From: a virus
Taxonomy: Duplodnaviria; Caudoviricetes
IMG/VR virus record: IMGVR_UViG_3300037067_021941
Coordinates: 29,135-93,134 of that record
Length of the DNA: 64,000 nt
Reading direction: 5' to 3' (one strand)
Each line of letters starts with the position of its first letter. The stretch's first letter is position 1. The position numbers were made by a program, and so were the translations under genes. The notes below the pieces were generated by a model, which was not told the DNA's origin, made no database searches, and was given only the letters and a program-made list of their open reading frames with translations. Shown one piece after another: positions 51,052 to 60,670 of this stretch.

Positions 51052-51693
51052 ATGGCAAAATATTGCGATACGCAAGTATTAGAGCGTAATTGGTTCGAGT
51101 GGCTTGTTTCAAGTAATACACCAAGCATCGAATCTCTACGTGTAAAAGGCGTTTTGTGGACTCTCATAATAGGAATACTACCGGATAGTAAAATACTAGA
51201 TCCATGTCATGAGACGCGATTGCACTACATTGCCAAGGATAACATCATTTTTTGTACAACGGGTGATATTGTCAACTGGTTTATGCCTGGTAATTTCACC
51301 AAAGAACAGCTTGAATTGAGAGGATATTATCTCGAACCGACAATGTCCCAAAGTTGGCAGGCTATGCTGCAAGACATCGCTAAAATGTGCAATGGTATAG
51401 CTAGCAAATTTAATCAGCAGTCTGCAGAAGAAACAAACAATCTTGCTAGCGAAGCACTCATCCAAGTCATCAGCAAGATTGCTCGCGGCAAATTGAAATA
51501 TACGCCGGGAAGAGCACCCGTATTCAATTTGTTGACTACAACAATCCATCGTTGTATATATAGTATTTTGAGTAAAGAAACGAGACAAAAGAAGAATTTT
51601 GCCGCCTTTGCCGACAATCTTATCGAAAGCGGTAAAACCCACGCAAGCTATAATAGAACAGGTCTGAAATCTCGTGTCAAGATTGATCATTAA
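51052..51693 (+). CDS. T4 gp55-like (late) sigma factor
   Basis: YCDTQVL...IAKMCNGIASKFN...LASEAL...KYTPGRAPVFNLLTTTIHRCIYSILSKETRQ, matching the gp55 pattern ..DPEK.NPFAYFT...KEKKQ. Confidence 0.6.
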   Translation: MAKYCDTQVLERNWFEWLVSSNTPSIESLRVKGVLWTLIIGILPDSKILDPCHETRLHYIAKDNIIFCTTGDIVNWFMPGNFTKEQLELRGYYLEPTMSQSWQAMLQDIAKMCNGIASKFNQQSAEETNNLASEALIQVISKIARGKLKYTPGRAPVFNLLTTTIHRCIYSILSKETRQKKNFAAFADNLIESGKTHASYNRTGLKSRVKIDH

Positions 51694-51723
51694 AGCTCTC
51701 TGAGATGCCGGAAAATATTAGTT

Positions 51724-52659
51724 ATGAAATTAAATCTCAGAGTACGGCCAATCAATAATACTAAACGTGAAATAATTTTACCGCGAGCTGTTAGGCCGGT
51801 AATTAAGCAGCAGGTATCTGTAACCAAAGTATTGCGTGCAACGATGCAGGCGAAGTTGGCATCGCCGAAATCGCCAATACCCATCAATCGGCGGCCACCA
51901 GTAATGCCCAAAAGGGGAATCGCCGCCAAACCAACCAAATCACATAAGCCAACAGTTAAAGTAATAACTCGTGATCCACCGGAAGCTAGTGGCAGGAAAT
52001 TACGAGAATTGCATAATTCCTGTGTCGGTCGAATTTTAGTCATCGTCGCTAATGGCCCGAGCGTTTTGGAAATAGATACAACCCAATTGCGCGATCTTCC
52101 GCGTGTCGATATGATGTCAATAAATAAGCCAGATATGCGAGTCTGGCCGACAAAATATTGGTTATTCTGTGATATTTCTCAATTGAAGCGTCATAACGAC
52201 TTATGGTCGGCATATAATGGTTATATTTTCAATTCTACAATGATCACCGACTCTCGGCCAAACACAATCTTTGTTAAGAATATACCCGGTTTCGGATTCA
52301 GTACAGATCTGACCAGTGGCTTTCATATAGGTAGATCTTCTGTTTATGCCGCAATGCAGGTTGCTCTATGGCTTGGATATGATAAGATATATATCTTGGG
52401 TATTGATATGGGTGCTGTGCAGGTAGACGGCAAAGAGATGCTACACTTTTATGGTGTGAACCAAGATTGTACATCAGATAGTCGCAAAAAGAGATTCACA
52501 GAAGAAGCAAAATATTATGAAGATGCTGCACGCTCACTCCCCGTAGAAGTCAGAAAGAAATTTTACTTCTGTAGTGCTTACAATCAGTTCAGGTTTCTAG
52601 ACCAATTCAATAGATTGGACCATAATAAAGTTATTGATGCAATTCGCAGCAGTACGTAG
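51724..52659 (+). CDS. Maf/DUF115-like glycosyltransferase with a basic N-terminal extension
   Basis: IVANGPS, SIN, SSVYAAMQVALWLGYDKIYILGIDM, HFYG. Confidence 0.75.
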   Translation: MKLNLRVRPINNTKREIILPRAVRPVIKQQVSVTKVLRATMQAKLASPKSPIPINRRPPVMPKRGIAAKPTKSHKPTVKVITRDPPEASGRKLRELHNSCVGRILVIVANGPSVLEIDTTQLRDLPRVDMMSINKPDMRVWPTKYWLFCDISQLKRHNDLWSAYNGYIFNSTMITDSRPNTIFVKNIPGFGFSTDLTSGFHIGRSSVYAAMQVALWLGYDKIYILGIDMGAVQVDGKEMLHFYGVNQDCTSDSRKKRFTEEAKYYEDAARSLPVEVRKKFYFCSAYNQFRFLDQFNRLDHNKVIDAIRSST

Positions 52660-52666
52660 ATAATTT

Positions 52667-53296
52667 ATGTTAACACAAGAAGTAATATGCCCATATTGTA
52701 GCTCAGAATTTTCTGCTGCTGTATGGGTCGATAGTAGATGTGAAAAGTGTGGTGGGAATTATTATTGGTCGATGGAATCTAACACTAGTCTTACTGATAG
52801 TTGGCATGTTATTTCGTGGGACAGAGATAAGTCTATTTATGTAGCGACAACGTTGGCCAACTGGGAACAAGCCAGAGCATTTATAAATTTCTTCAAAAGT
52901 CTACAAATCCCAATAGCTTTCGACTGGACAGTATGGGGTGAAGAAATTGCTAATAACAAAACATCGAGAGATATTAATCCAGACTCATTGCAACAAAAAG
53001 CGTTATGTGAGTATGAAGGTGTATCGACAGCATCATATGTCCTAATAATAGTTCCTACTGGACGTGGTACGAACTTTGAATATGGTGTTGCTTACCAGCG
53101 CCTGAACGATGTCAATCCGCCAATTATTACGATTTTAGATGAAACAGAACCAGTGGAACCTGTGAGTTTTCATTATTTGCCGGGCGTCAAGAGAGTGAAA
53201 TTTGTTAGTAATGCTATAGAAGATGTCTTAAAACACTTTGATATCGACATCAAAGATATAAATGTCGATTTAATTGCTTATGGCTTAGGGAGATAA
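52667..53296 (+). CDS. Zn ribbon + nucleoside 2-deoxyribosyltransferase / dNMP N-hydrolase-like domain
   Basis: CPYC..CEKC; SIYVAT...FDWT...GVSTASYVLIIVPTGRGTNFEYGVA. Confidence 0.65.
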   Translation: MLTQEVICPYCSSEFSAAVWVDSRCEKCGGNYYWSMESNTSLTDSWHVISWDRDKSIYVATTLANWEQARAFINFFKSLQIPIAFDWTVWGEEIANNKTSRDINPDSLQQKALCEYEGVSTASYVLIIVPTGRGTNFEYGVAYQRLNDVNPPIITILDETEPVEPVSFHYLPGVKRVKFVSNAIEDVLKHFDIDIKDINVDLIAYGLGR

Positions 53297-53298
53297 CA

Positions 53299-53490
53299 AT
53301 GCTTGACCAGAATAAAATGCCGTCGAAGCCGGTAGTGCCGGAAGGTACGAAGCAGCAGAAGACATTTGCTGGTCCCCATGGCGGTGGTGTCGCTTACAAC
53401 CAGTTATCGGTTGGTAATAACTTCGCTGTCCATAATCCAATTCCGGGACATACCCAGCAACAGAATGTTGAAATTAAGAAGCCAAAGTAA
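53299..53490 (+). CDS. Small hypothetical protein
   Basis: AGGAG RBS. Confidence 0.5.
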   Translation: MLDQNKMPSKPVVPEGTKQQKTFAGPHGGGVAYNQLSVGNNFAVHNPIPGHTQQQNVEIKKPK

Positions 53491-53846
53491 TGGCATTTGT
53501 TAATGAGTTGTACTCTATTCGTGATCAGATAGCAATAGCGGCACAAAAAATCTATGATGATTGGATTCAAGACGACGAAGGAGTAGATGCTCAATTCGGT
53601 GGTGGCGGCATATGCGACGAAGTGCAGAGAGTTATGGCAGATGTGATATCATCTAACATTAATTGTGAATTAGAAGATGGTGGTTGGGAAGGTGACGACC
53701 ACGCCAATCTAATCGTTTCTAGAGACGACGAGCGATATTTAATTGATATACCTGCACAAACTTATGAGTCTGGTGGTGGAATGAACTGGCAAAAGCTGCC
53801 AGATATTGTCATCACTCCAGACGATGTTATAATTGTTGCTATTTAA
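53490..53846 (+). CDS. Acidic hypothetical phage protein
   Basis: GGGGICD motif; coupled to the previous ORF. Confidence 0.6.
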   Translation: MAFVNELYSIRDQIAIAAQKIYDDWIQDDEGVDAQFGGGGICDEVQRVMADVISSNINCELEDGGWEGDDHANLIVSRDDERYLIDIPAQTYESGGGMNWQKLPDIVITPDDVIIVAI

Positions 53847-53926
53847 TATTTCTTTTATTGTATGCTCGTGTTAGTATTGTTTCGGACTAATGTATGTATT
53901 TAAAATAATAACACCAAGGACACAAA

Positions 53927-54616
53927 ATGCTATACTACATAAGCCAGAAGCTTGAATTAGACATAATGCAGGGGAGTGAATTAAACGAAGCTATGGAATT
54001 AGCTCACGTTTACAGAATGAATACGGTAATTGTTCATCCGGACTTGATTTTAGATGCCCAAGTACAACGTGTCAAAAGACAAGCAAAATACAAAATATTG
54101 ACAACTGTTGACTGGCCGAAGGGTGATAAATCTGGAATATCTAAATTTCGCAGCATGTCAATTCATTCTTTGTCATGTGATGGATTTGAGATTGCTTTGG
54201 GAATCAAATCACAAGGCGAGACCAAAGCAGAAACATTAGCAATCACTAATTTCATTCGTACACAGTTACCACAAGTTCAAGAAATCAGGTTCATTCTAGG
54301 TTGTTTGTCTAGAGAACAAGCCGATATCGATAATTTATGTTTAGCTATTAAGGAGATTCCTGCGCCGAATTTATTGCGGACCGACATTAATCTTCGTTGT
54401 GCGCAAGCAAAAGCTAACATATCTGCACATAGTGCTTCACTAGCTGCAATACAAGCCAATATTAACAGACCGATAAAGCTATGTGGCAATATAAATTCAG
54501 CTAAAGTTATAGCGTCGTGCAAAGCTAGTCGGTATGGCGTAAGTTTAAAGCAGGCGCAGACTATTATCAAAGAGCTAAAAGAAAATCCAGATAAAATCCA
54601 AAAGATATTCAAATGA
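53927..54616 (+). CDS. DeoC (deoxyribose-phosphate aldolase)-like TIM barrel, degenerate
   Basis: TTVDWPKG ~ TVIGFPLG; IRFIL ~ LKVII; LLRTD ~ FIKTS; IKLCGNI ~ VKASGGI; RYGVS ~ RIGTS. Confidence 0.6.
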   Translation: MLYYISQKLELDIMQGSELNEAMELAHVYRMNTVIVHPDLILDAQVQRVKRQAKYKILTTVDWPKGDKSGISKFRSMSIHSLSCDGFEIALGIKSQGETKAETLAITNFIRTQLPQVQEIRFILGCLSREQADIDNLCLAIKEIPAPNLLRTDINLRCAQAKANISAHSASLAAIQANINRPIKLCGNINSAKVIASCKASRYGVSLKQAQTIIKELKENPDKIQKIFK

Positions 54617-54798
54617 TAGTTAGCAATATCGAAGTTGGAATTCTGGTACGCATTTATAATCAAGAACATATTTGGCATAATGAGATAGGGATTGTTCGCG
54701 AGATAGGGCCCGTATTCAGTAGAATTGAGTTGTTAGAAAAACTAATATGGATACCAAACCATTGGTTGGTAGAGGTCGAAACCAATGTAGGAGAATAA
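54613..54798 (+). CDS. Small SH3/KOW-like protein
   Basis: IEVGILVRI...GIVREI; ATGA overlap. Confidence 0.5.
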   Translation: MIVSNIEVGILVRIYNQEHIWHNEIGIVREIGPVFSRIELLEKLIWIPNHWLVEVETNVGE

Positions 54799-54799
54799 A

Positions 54800-55141
54800 A
54801 TGGTCGAATTCGATATAATTAGCGAACTTGGAGACAACGCTGAGTTATTGACAAAATCTGACTTATGGTTGACTACAGTAGAGTCTAAGTTAAGACAGAA
54901 TTTAACTATATTATTACACGATTTAGAACAGTTACAAACTGCCATCAGAATTAAACAGCGATTGCAACAAAATAATAGAGTTGCAGTCAAACGCCAAGTA
55001 AATCATGGTGGTATTGCTGATGAAGTGATTGAAATTCTCCCGTTATCGAAAGCAATTCAAGCAGCAAACAAAGTCAGCGACAACAAACAAATTAATGTGT
55101 GGCACGCAGACGGCTATGATATTCAAGCCGTATTAGTCTAA
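54800..55141 (+). CDS. Hypothetical protein
   Basis: AGGAG RBS. Confidence 0.6.
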   Translation: MVEFDIISELGDNAELLTKSDLWLTTVESKLRQNLTILLHDLEQLQTAIRIKQRLQQNNRVAVKRQVNHGGIADEVIEILPLSKAIQAANKVSDNKQINVWHADGYDIQAVLV

Positions 55142-55184
55142 AATTAAATCACAGCAGTATTTGATAAAAGGGATTGAGGCAACA

Positions 55185-56432
55185 ATGTTCAACAATACCG
55201 ACACCAATTTCTGTTTTACACCGGGTAAATTGACAATCTTAATGGATGGAGGAGCAGGAAGTAGCGGTAAAGGCAAATTGGGAGCATTCGTTGCTGCCCA
55301 TGCAGATAACTGGCAATTTGCTTGCAATACATTCGCTCCACAAGCTGGCCATTGGGTTAAAAATGATGACGGAAAATCATATTTCTATCAGACATTCAAT
55401 AGTTGTGCTTGGATGTCTGACAAATATGAAAAGCTTTATATCGGCCCAGGATCAACTATCGAACTCGAAGCATTTTGGAGAGAAAAAGAACAAAATAATA
55501 TCCCAGGATGTAAAATTGGTATAAGTCCGGTAACATCAATTTTACAAACGATTGATGGCAAATTCGAACGCGGCCTAATCGATTTCGACGGTAACAACCG
55601 CGTTATTTCTGATCACTCACTAGCAAAGACGGGGACAACTGCACATGGTTGTGGAGCTAATCGTGCTAGACGAGTACTGCGCAGGCCAGAAGCAAGATAC
55701 GCCAGGGACATACCAGAACTTAGTGAATTCATTTGTGATGTACCTAATGAAATAATGGGGCGTCTAGAAGAAGGTCAAGCGGGTATGTTAGAATTGGCAC
55801 AAGGGTTCCAACTATCATACATGCTACCAGAGTTCTTCCCATTTACGACATCTAGAAATTGTACTGTTGCAGCCGGACTTGACGATATGATGCTGCCGCC
55901 GATTTATGCTGGCAATGTTATATTGAATTACAGAACATTTCCAATTCGTATCAGTAGCTTGAAGTATATTGGCGAAGGCGGGAAGCATCTGACATTCGAA
56001 GAAATCAAAAAATACGAGATTGAAGGCAAATCATACGAGATTTTCAAAGGTAATTCTGGTCCTGGTTACAATGACCAAGAAGAAACGACATGGGAAGAAA
56101 TCACAACCAATAGTGGCTCTCCCATCCCGATTATGGAGATGACAAGCGTAACCAAGCTGCCACGCAGAGTGTTCACATTTAGTCGCAAGAATGTCGAACA
56201 ATCAATTCTGCACAACCGCACTAACGGTAAAACATTCATTGCTGTCAATTTCGTCAATTATCTTGACCACAGTTTGACAGGTATGCGAGCATCATTCAGT
56301 CCAGTTGATTTTTGGTCTAGTGATATGATTACAAAGTGGTTGGATCAAAACCTTTCCAATTTAGATACCGAAGTCATATTGCTTGGAACAGGTGAAAAGA
56401 CGGACGATTACGTACTAATATCGACCACCTAA
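55185..56432 (+). CDS. purZ: PurZ-type adenylosuccinate-synthetase paralogue (N6-succinyl-2-amino-dAMP synthase)
   Basis: GSSGKGK (Ser where PurA has the catalytic Asp of GDEGKGK), QAGH, AQGFQL, FPFTTSR, RTFPIRI, GNSGP, TSVTKLPRRVFTFS, VNFVNY. Confidence 0.8.
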   Translation: MFNNTDTNFCFTPGKLTILMDGGAGSSGKGKLGAFVAAHADNWQFACNTFAPQAGHWVKNDDGKSYFYQTFNSCAWMSDKYEKLYIGPGSTIELEAFWREKEQNNIPGCKIGISPVTSILQTIDGKFERGLIDFDGNNRVISDHSLAKTGTTAHGCGANRARRVLRRPEARYARDIPELSEFICDVPNEIMGRLEEGQAGMLELAQGFQLSYMLPEFFPFTTSRNCTVAAGLDDMMLPPIYAGNVILNYRTFPIRISSLKYIGEGGKHLTFEEIKKYEIEGKSYEIFKGNSGPGYNDQEETTWEEITTNSGSPIPIMEMTSVTKLPRRVFTFSRKNVEQSILHNRTNGKTFIAVNFVNYLDHSLTGMRASFSPVDFWSSDMITKWLDQNLSNLDTEVILLGTGEKTDDYVLISTT

Positions 56433-56434
56433 AT

Positions 56435-57244
56435 ATGAACATTAAACTAGCCGCTTATATGGATGAGGTTTGCGATGATCCAGATAAGTCTGGCGAGCTA
56501 TTAACATCAAAAAACATAACCAATGTTTGTCTTCGTCGCGCTTGGTGCCGCGATATATCTAGTATGCCAGATAATGCAATTGGTATACTAGGCGGTATAC
56601 TAACTAAATATAAGCTATCACCAATATTATTACATACAGATATAGGATGCGTCGAGCCAGAAAAATTATCTTCTGAAGAGCCAAAACTCATCAGAGCTAT
56701 GCAGATATGTAAGTTTTTAAAATGTAAAACAATTTGTATAGGTTTTGGCGCTTCATCAGTAAAACCGTCTGGTGAGTATGTTCAACAATGGTTAGCAATC
56801 GCTTCAAGATTAAGTATCAACTACGACATGATACCATTGTTGGAGCCAAATACAAATTGTTATTACGATAAACCAGCATCACTTGCTATCGTTTTGAACA
56901 AATTTAAACGAGTAAGCCTATTATTTGACCCAGCATTATTTGTTATACGGTCGAAGACCAATCCATTCATCAAGTTTTGGTCGTTATTGAAATCAAGAGT
57001 TAGCTTCATTGACGTTCACGATTTTAAGAGCGGAGATTCTGCGAAGCCAGCTGGGTTTGGAGATGCTCAACTGGACATTTTGGTAGCGGACGCTATAGTT
57101 TCCAATTTTTCTGGATGGTTCTGTTTGGAGCCTGGCTTAGGCAGGCGATATGGAGAAGCGACAACAAAAGAAGAAACGTTTCTACGTGCTTTCGACGCTT
57201 GGGAAGCACTATTACAAAGAATACAATTACCAAAAATTTTGTAG
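56435..57244 (+). CDS. Sugar-phosphate isomerase/epimerase (AP endonuclease 2-like TIM barrel)
   Basis: LLEPN, LFDPA, DVHD, FCLEP metal-site pattern. Confidence 0.7.
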   Translation: MNIKLAAYMDEVCDDPDKSGELLTSKNITNVCLRRAWCRDISSMPDNAIGILGGILTKYKLSPILLHTDIGCVEPEKLSSEEPKLIRAMQICKFLKCKTICIGFGASSVKPSGEYVQQWLAIASRLSINYDMIPLLEPNTNCYYDKPASLAIVLNKFKRVSLLFDPALFVIRSKTNPFIKFWSLLKSRVSFIDVHDFKSGDSAKPAGFGDAQLDILVADAIVSNFSGWFCLEPGLGRRYGEATTKEETFLRAFDAWEALLQRIQLPKIL

Positions 57245-57254
57245 GAAAGTTACT

Positions 57255-57470
57255 ATGGCCATTAATATTTCAGAAGCACTCGTTCAGATGCGTAAAGCAG
57301 GCCCAAAATGTATCAGAACGATGCAAATGCCCGGACAAGACATCAACACCGGAGCCTATAAGATCGAAGTTTTAGAGGGCGGTCAATGGACGCCGATCTT
57401 GGAAGGACTGCCGAGAGCTACAGCAGAGAGCCTGATTAGTCAGGCAACGAACAGGGTGATTATGGAATAA
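57255..57470 (+). CDS. Hypothetical protein
   Basis: AGGAAAG before ATG 57255. Confidence 0.55.
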   Translation: MAINISEALVQMRKAGPKCIRTMQMPGQDINTGAYKIEVLEGGQWTPILEGLPRATAESLISQATNRVIME

Positions 57471-57829
57471 TGGGCTTACTTGATACAAGACTTATTTGGC
57501 TGCGTGAAAGACTTGCTAAAAAGTCAGCTACACCCAATCGTTTCGCTGAATTACTTGGTGTTTATGACCCGAGTGCAAGAGTTATAACAATATCGCTTGT
57601 AATTACAATAGATAGCACAGAATATAGAGTCATCAGATGTCATAAGTCTGTTAGTTTAAGACAAACCGATGATGAAATAACTGAATTGCGAAAACTGCAC
57701 CGCAATATGATCAATTATATGGTACAAACTTATGGCGATGCGGAGTGGTCTGTTGTAATTAGAAAATTTTTGCAGTGGTCAACAAACCCAGTACACAAAG
57801 CAGTTATGCAGCGATGGAGTGGAACTTAG
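57470..57829 (+). CDS. Hypothetical protein
   Basis: TAATG coupling with the previous ORF. Confidence 0.55.
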   Translation: MGLLDTRLIWLRERLAKKSATPNRFAELLGVYDPSARVITISLVITIDSTEYRVIRCHKSVSLRQTDDEITELRKLHRNMINYMVQTYGDAEWSVVIRKFLQWSTNPVHKAVMQRWSGT

Positions 57830-58491
57830 GATTCTTGGTCGGGAAGATTTTCGATCATAATTCCGAAGAACTTGTAATCACCATCGCCTCTATTATAGCT
57901 GCAATGATAGACCTCTCCAAATTTAGCACCAGCCTCCACGGCTTTATGCCTGGTGGGTGCTTTTATCCCTAGCCACAATCTGCAGGTAACAAGTCCCAAC
58001 GGGTCGAGTTTGCCATCTTCCAGGTTGATACTAACATTCGATTTTAGTTCGACGCTTACCTCGAAGAAGCCATGCTCTTTGCACTTCCGATACCAGAATA
58101 GACTACATGCGTCTTCATAGCCATCTTTTTCGAACTCGCTCGCCCGCCCTTTTTTGGCGATATATTTCGAACCGCATTGACTGCACCATACGTTCTGGTG
58201 TGTCATATATGACTTACACCTATCACAAATGTAGTAGGTGTATATTTCTTCGTTTCTCGAATTGGGATGATAGAACGCCGCTGCCACCAGTTGTCTCTTC
58301 TTTTCTTCCGGTAGCCCCCTCTCTTCACCAGGGTCATATACCATGGCGATGTGTCCATATTTCGAACAAAGATTTGCTGCCTCTTCTCTGGACGTCGCTG
58401 TCACAGCCAGCTCGACCGTAAAAACGCCTCTCAAACCCAGCGACTCTATATTAGCGTCCTTTAGACGAACGACGACAGTATACTGAGACAT
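57826..58491 (-). CDS. Hypothetical protein with a Zn ribbon
   Basis: CDRC...CSQCG; GGAG RBS before ATG 58491. Confidence 0.6.
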   Translation of the reverse strand: MSQYTVVVRLKDANIESLGLRGVFTVELAVTATSREEAANLCSKYGHIAMVYDPGEERGLPEEKKRQLVAAAFYHPNSRNEEIYTYYICDRCKSYMTHQNVWCSQCGSKYIAKKGRASEFEKDGYEDACSLFWYRKCKEHGFFEVSVELKSNVSINLEDGKLDPLGLVTCRLWLGIKAPTRHKAVEAGAKFGEVYHCSYNRGDGDYKFFGIMIENLPDQES

Positions 58492-58587
58492 AGTTGCTCC
58501 TATTAGCTTCCTGTAGTTATAGCACGACAAATAACTACAGTTAATCGAACATGGAATATTGGCTCTGAAATATCTATATGATATTTG

Positions 58588-58851
58588 TTACCACTTCTGA
58601 GCGTTCTTAGCAAAGACCGCTTGCTTCTTTGTCGCCTTTGAGGCTTTGCTGCCCGGCTTCAAGACCTGATTGGCGTAGCCAGCGACACTCTTTCCAGCCT
58701 TATCTGCTTTGGCCGTGAATTTACCCCTATTGGCCTTCTTGATAGTGCCAGTCTTCTTTTCTGACACTACTGGCACTTGATTAATAGTAATTTTCTGTTG
58801 TGCTGGAACACCAATAAAACCAGATCCAAGTAATACTGTTGGCTTATTCAT
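58588..58851 (-). CDS. Small basic protein (IKKANRGKFT...AVFAKNAQKW motif, seen in phage virion proteins)
   Basis: Lys/Ala-rich C-terminal motif, recognised from memory. Confidence 0.65.
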   Translation of the reverse strand: MNKPTVLLGSGFIGVPAQQKITINQVPVVSEKKTGTIKKANRGKFTAKADKAGKSVAGYANQVLKPGSKASKATKKQAVFAKNAQKW

Positions 58852-58853
58852 GA

Positions 58854-59813
58854 TTACGCTCGCTGTCCCGGTTTTAACACCGGTTTTGGACCATATTGCT
58901 CTCTAAATTCATCGAAATCTTTTGGATATGGCTTTGCTGGAAGCCTTCTCAAATCGATGTTCATTCCCATCCGTTTAGCTTTGGCTCGAATACGTCGTAT
59001 CCAGTAGCCTTCGTCTTTGTCTTGGTTAGCCTGTTTACTGGCATCACGCATACATCGATTAATAAACATAGCCATATCATATTTCTTCGTCAATGGAGTA
59101 GATGGTATTGGTGGTTTTTTGTTAGTTGTTTTCTGCTTGCGATTAGTATTTATCGCATCTAATTGCTGCGATAATATAGAAATAGCTATTGTAGCGATTC
59201 TTCCGTTATTGCCCGAGCGTATCAATTCTGCGCCCTTATACACTCGCTTTTTAGGGTCGAGCATATCGAGTGCGTTAGATATAGTTTGACCTATTCCTTC
59301 TACACAAGTATATGTATCTCTGCTCTCATAAGCATAGTTAGATCTTCTGCGTGGCGTTGGAGTTGACCCAGCCTTATTGAATAAAATTTCAAACAGTTTG
59401 TCAACGTCTGTATTACCTGTGCGTTGTGCGTATAATGCTGCTAATCTATCTTTCGTATTTTCAAGGTCTCTATTAATTATAGGACCGATTTTGGCTTTAG
59501 CTTTAGCAATTAACATAGCACGCTCTTTTTTGGTTGCGCGTCCACCATGTTTCTTGTCTATGGCACTTATAGCTGACTGCCACCAATCATCAGCTTCGGA
59601 TGAATCATCTAACAATGATGTATTGAGCTCTTTGGCCGCTTTAATATAATTCAATAAGCCAAGCTGCTCAACTACTTTATTGTGTCCAGCGATATATGTT
59701 TGGAACTTTGATATTCCATTTGCAATCAAGTCAGACAAAAGCCCCTCTATAATGGGGTATTGTCGATTTAACAATAATGCTTCGTCTAAACGGTTAATAT
59801 TTACTAGTTTCAT
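58854..59813 (-). CDS. Hypothetical protein (possible internal head protein)
   Basis: 319 aa, basic, RLDEALL near the N-terminus; AAGGTG RBS. Confidence 0.65.
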   Translation of the reverse strand: MKLVNINRLDEALLLNRQYPIIEGLLSDLIANGISKFQTYIAGHNKVVEQLGLLNYIKAAKELNTSLLDDSSEADDWWQSAISAIDKKHGGRATKKERAMLIAKAKAKIGPIINRDLENTKDRLAALYAQRTGNTDVDKLFEILFNKAGSTPTPRRRSNYAYESRDTYTCVEGIGQTISNALDMLDPKKRVYKGAELIRSGNNGRIATIAISILSQQLDAINTNRKQKTTNKKPPIPSTPLTKKYDMAMFINRCMRDASKQANQDKDEGYWIRRIRAKAKRMGMNIDLRRLPAKPYPKDFDEFREQYGPKPVLKPGQRA

Positions 59814-59883
59814 CCATCACCTTACCATACTAGATAGTGTAATTTAGCCATTCTGAAGTAATGATTGATTCAGAAACAGCTTT

Positions 59884-60312
59884 ATGGTAAAATTTGGCAA
59901 CGACGTATTTCAAACAATTATGGCAAAAGCTCTACGACTACTCAAAATTCCTTTTATCGTTATTGCTTACAATGCGAAAACGATATTTTCTTTCGACAAC
60001 GAAGAGGGGATAAGCACACTACCAATTTTTATCGACGCCGAAAAAGCCGAAAAATTTCGCAGATATTTTGCAAGAAAATTCAAGCTGAAACTACAAATTT
60101 GTGTCGTCGATTCAGTAGAAAAGGGGCTGAATCTCATCGAATGTGCTTCTATGGTTTGCAAGACATTACAGAACGTTGTAATCGATCCGCCACCGCCATC
60201 ATCAAAAGCAACACAACCACCATTAAGACCAATACAAACAGTAATTAATTCACTTCAGGGTCGCTATCGTCGTCAAAAGGCAAGTATTCGTCAGAGTCTT
60301 CATAAGAAATAG
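59884..60312 (+). CDS. Hypothetical protein
   Basis: 142-aa ORF. Confidence 0.55.
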   Translation: MVKFGNDVFQTIMAKALRLLKIPFIVIAYNAKTIFSFDNEEGISTLPIFIDAEKAEKFRRYFARKFKLKLQICVVDSVEKGLNLIECASMVCKTLQNVVIDPPPPSSKATQPPLRPIQTVINSLQGRYRRQKASIRQSLHKK

Positions 60313-60377
60313 GAATCTTCGGTACAGGACGTATCTGATCAAGGGGCTCATCTAATGATATTTCCTCTTCTTCCACG

Positions 60378-60635
60378 TTGAGGTTTTTATCCATGCCAGC
60401 ACCATATCCATCATACCCACCAAATCTGTCGGTAGTATCTAAAACAGGCGGATTTTACCGAACTTGTGTTGTTTTAGATTTATATACTATCGAACCAATA
60501 ACCCCTGCACAACTATCACAGATAGAGGATCAGATCGGTTTGACAGTATCTAAGATGAAAACAATTCATAGTTCTGATGTAGTTGGGCCAAACAGGTTCA
60601 CTACACAACTTCTGAATGCTTTACGGTTGGAATAA
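60378..60635 (+). CDS. Hypothetical protein
   Basis: Probable start MPAPY at 60393 after GAGG. Confidence 0.45.
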   Translation: MRFLSMPAPYPSYPPNLSVVSKTGGFYRTCVVLDLYTIEPITPAQLSQIEDQIGLTVSKMKTIHSSDVVGPNRFTTQLLNALRLE

Positions 60636-60670
60636 TATTTAATAGTATTTAATTAATAGAAAGGAATAAT

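Noticed and set aside
55185-56432. Ordinary PurA auxiliary metabolic gene
   Set aside because: It lacks the PurA GDEGKG Asp, the Arg303 equivalent and TKLD, and the residues match the PurZ pattern. Final assignment still needs phylogeny and assay.
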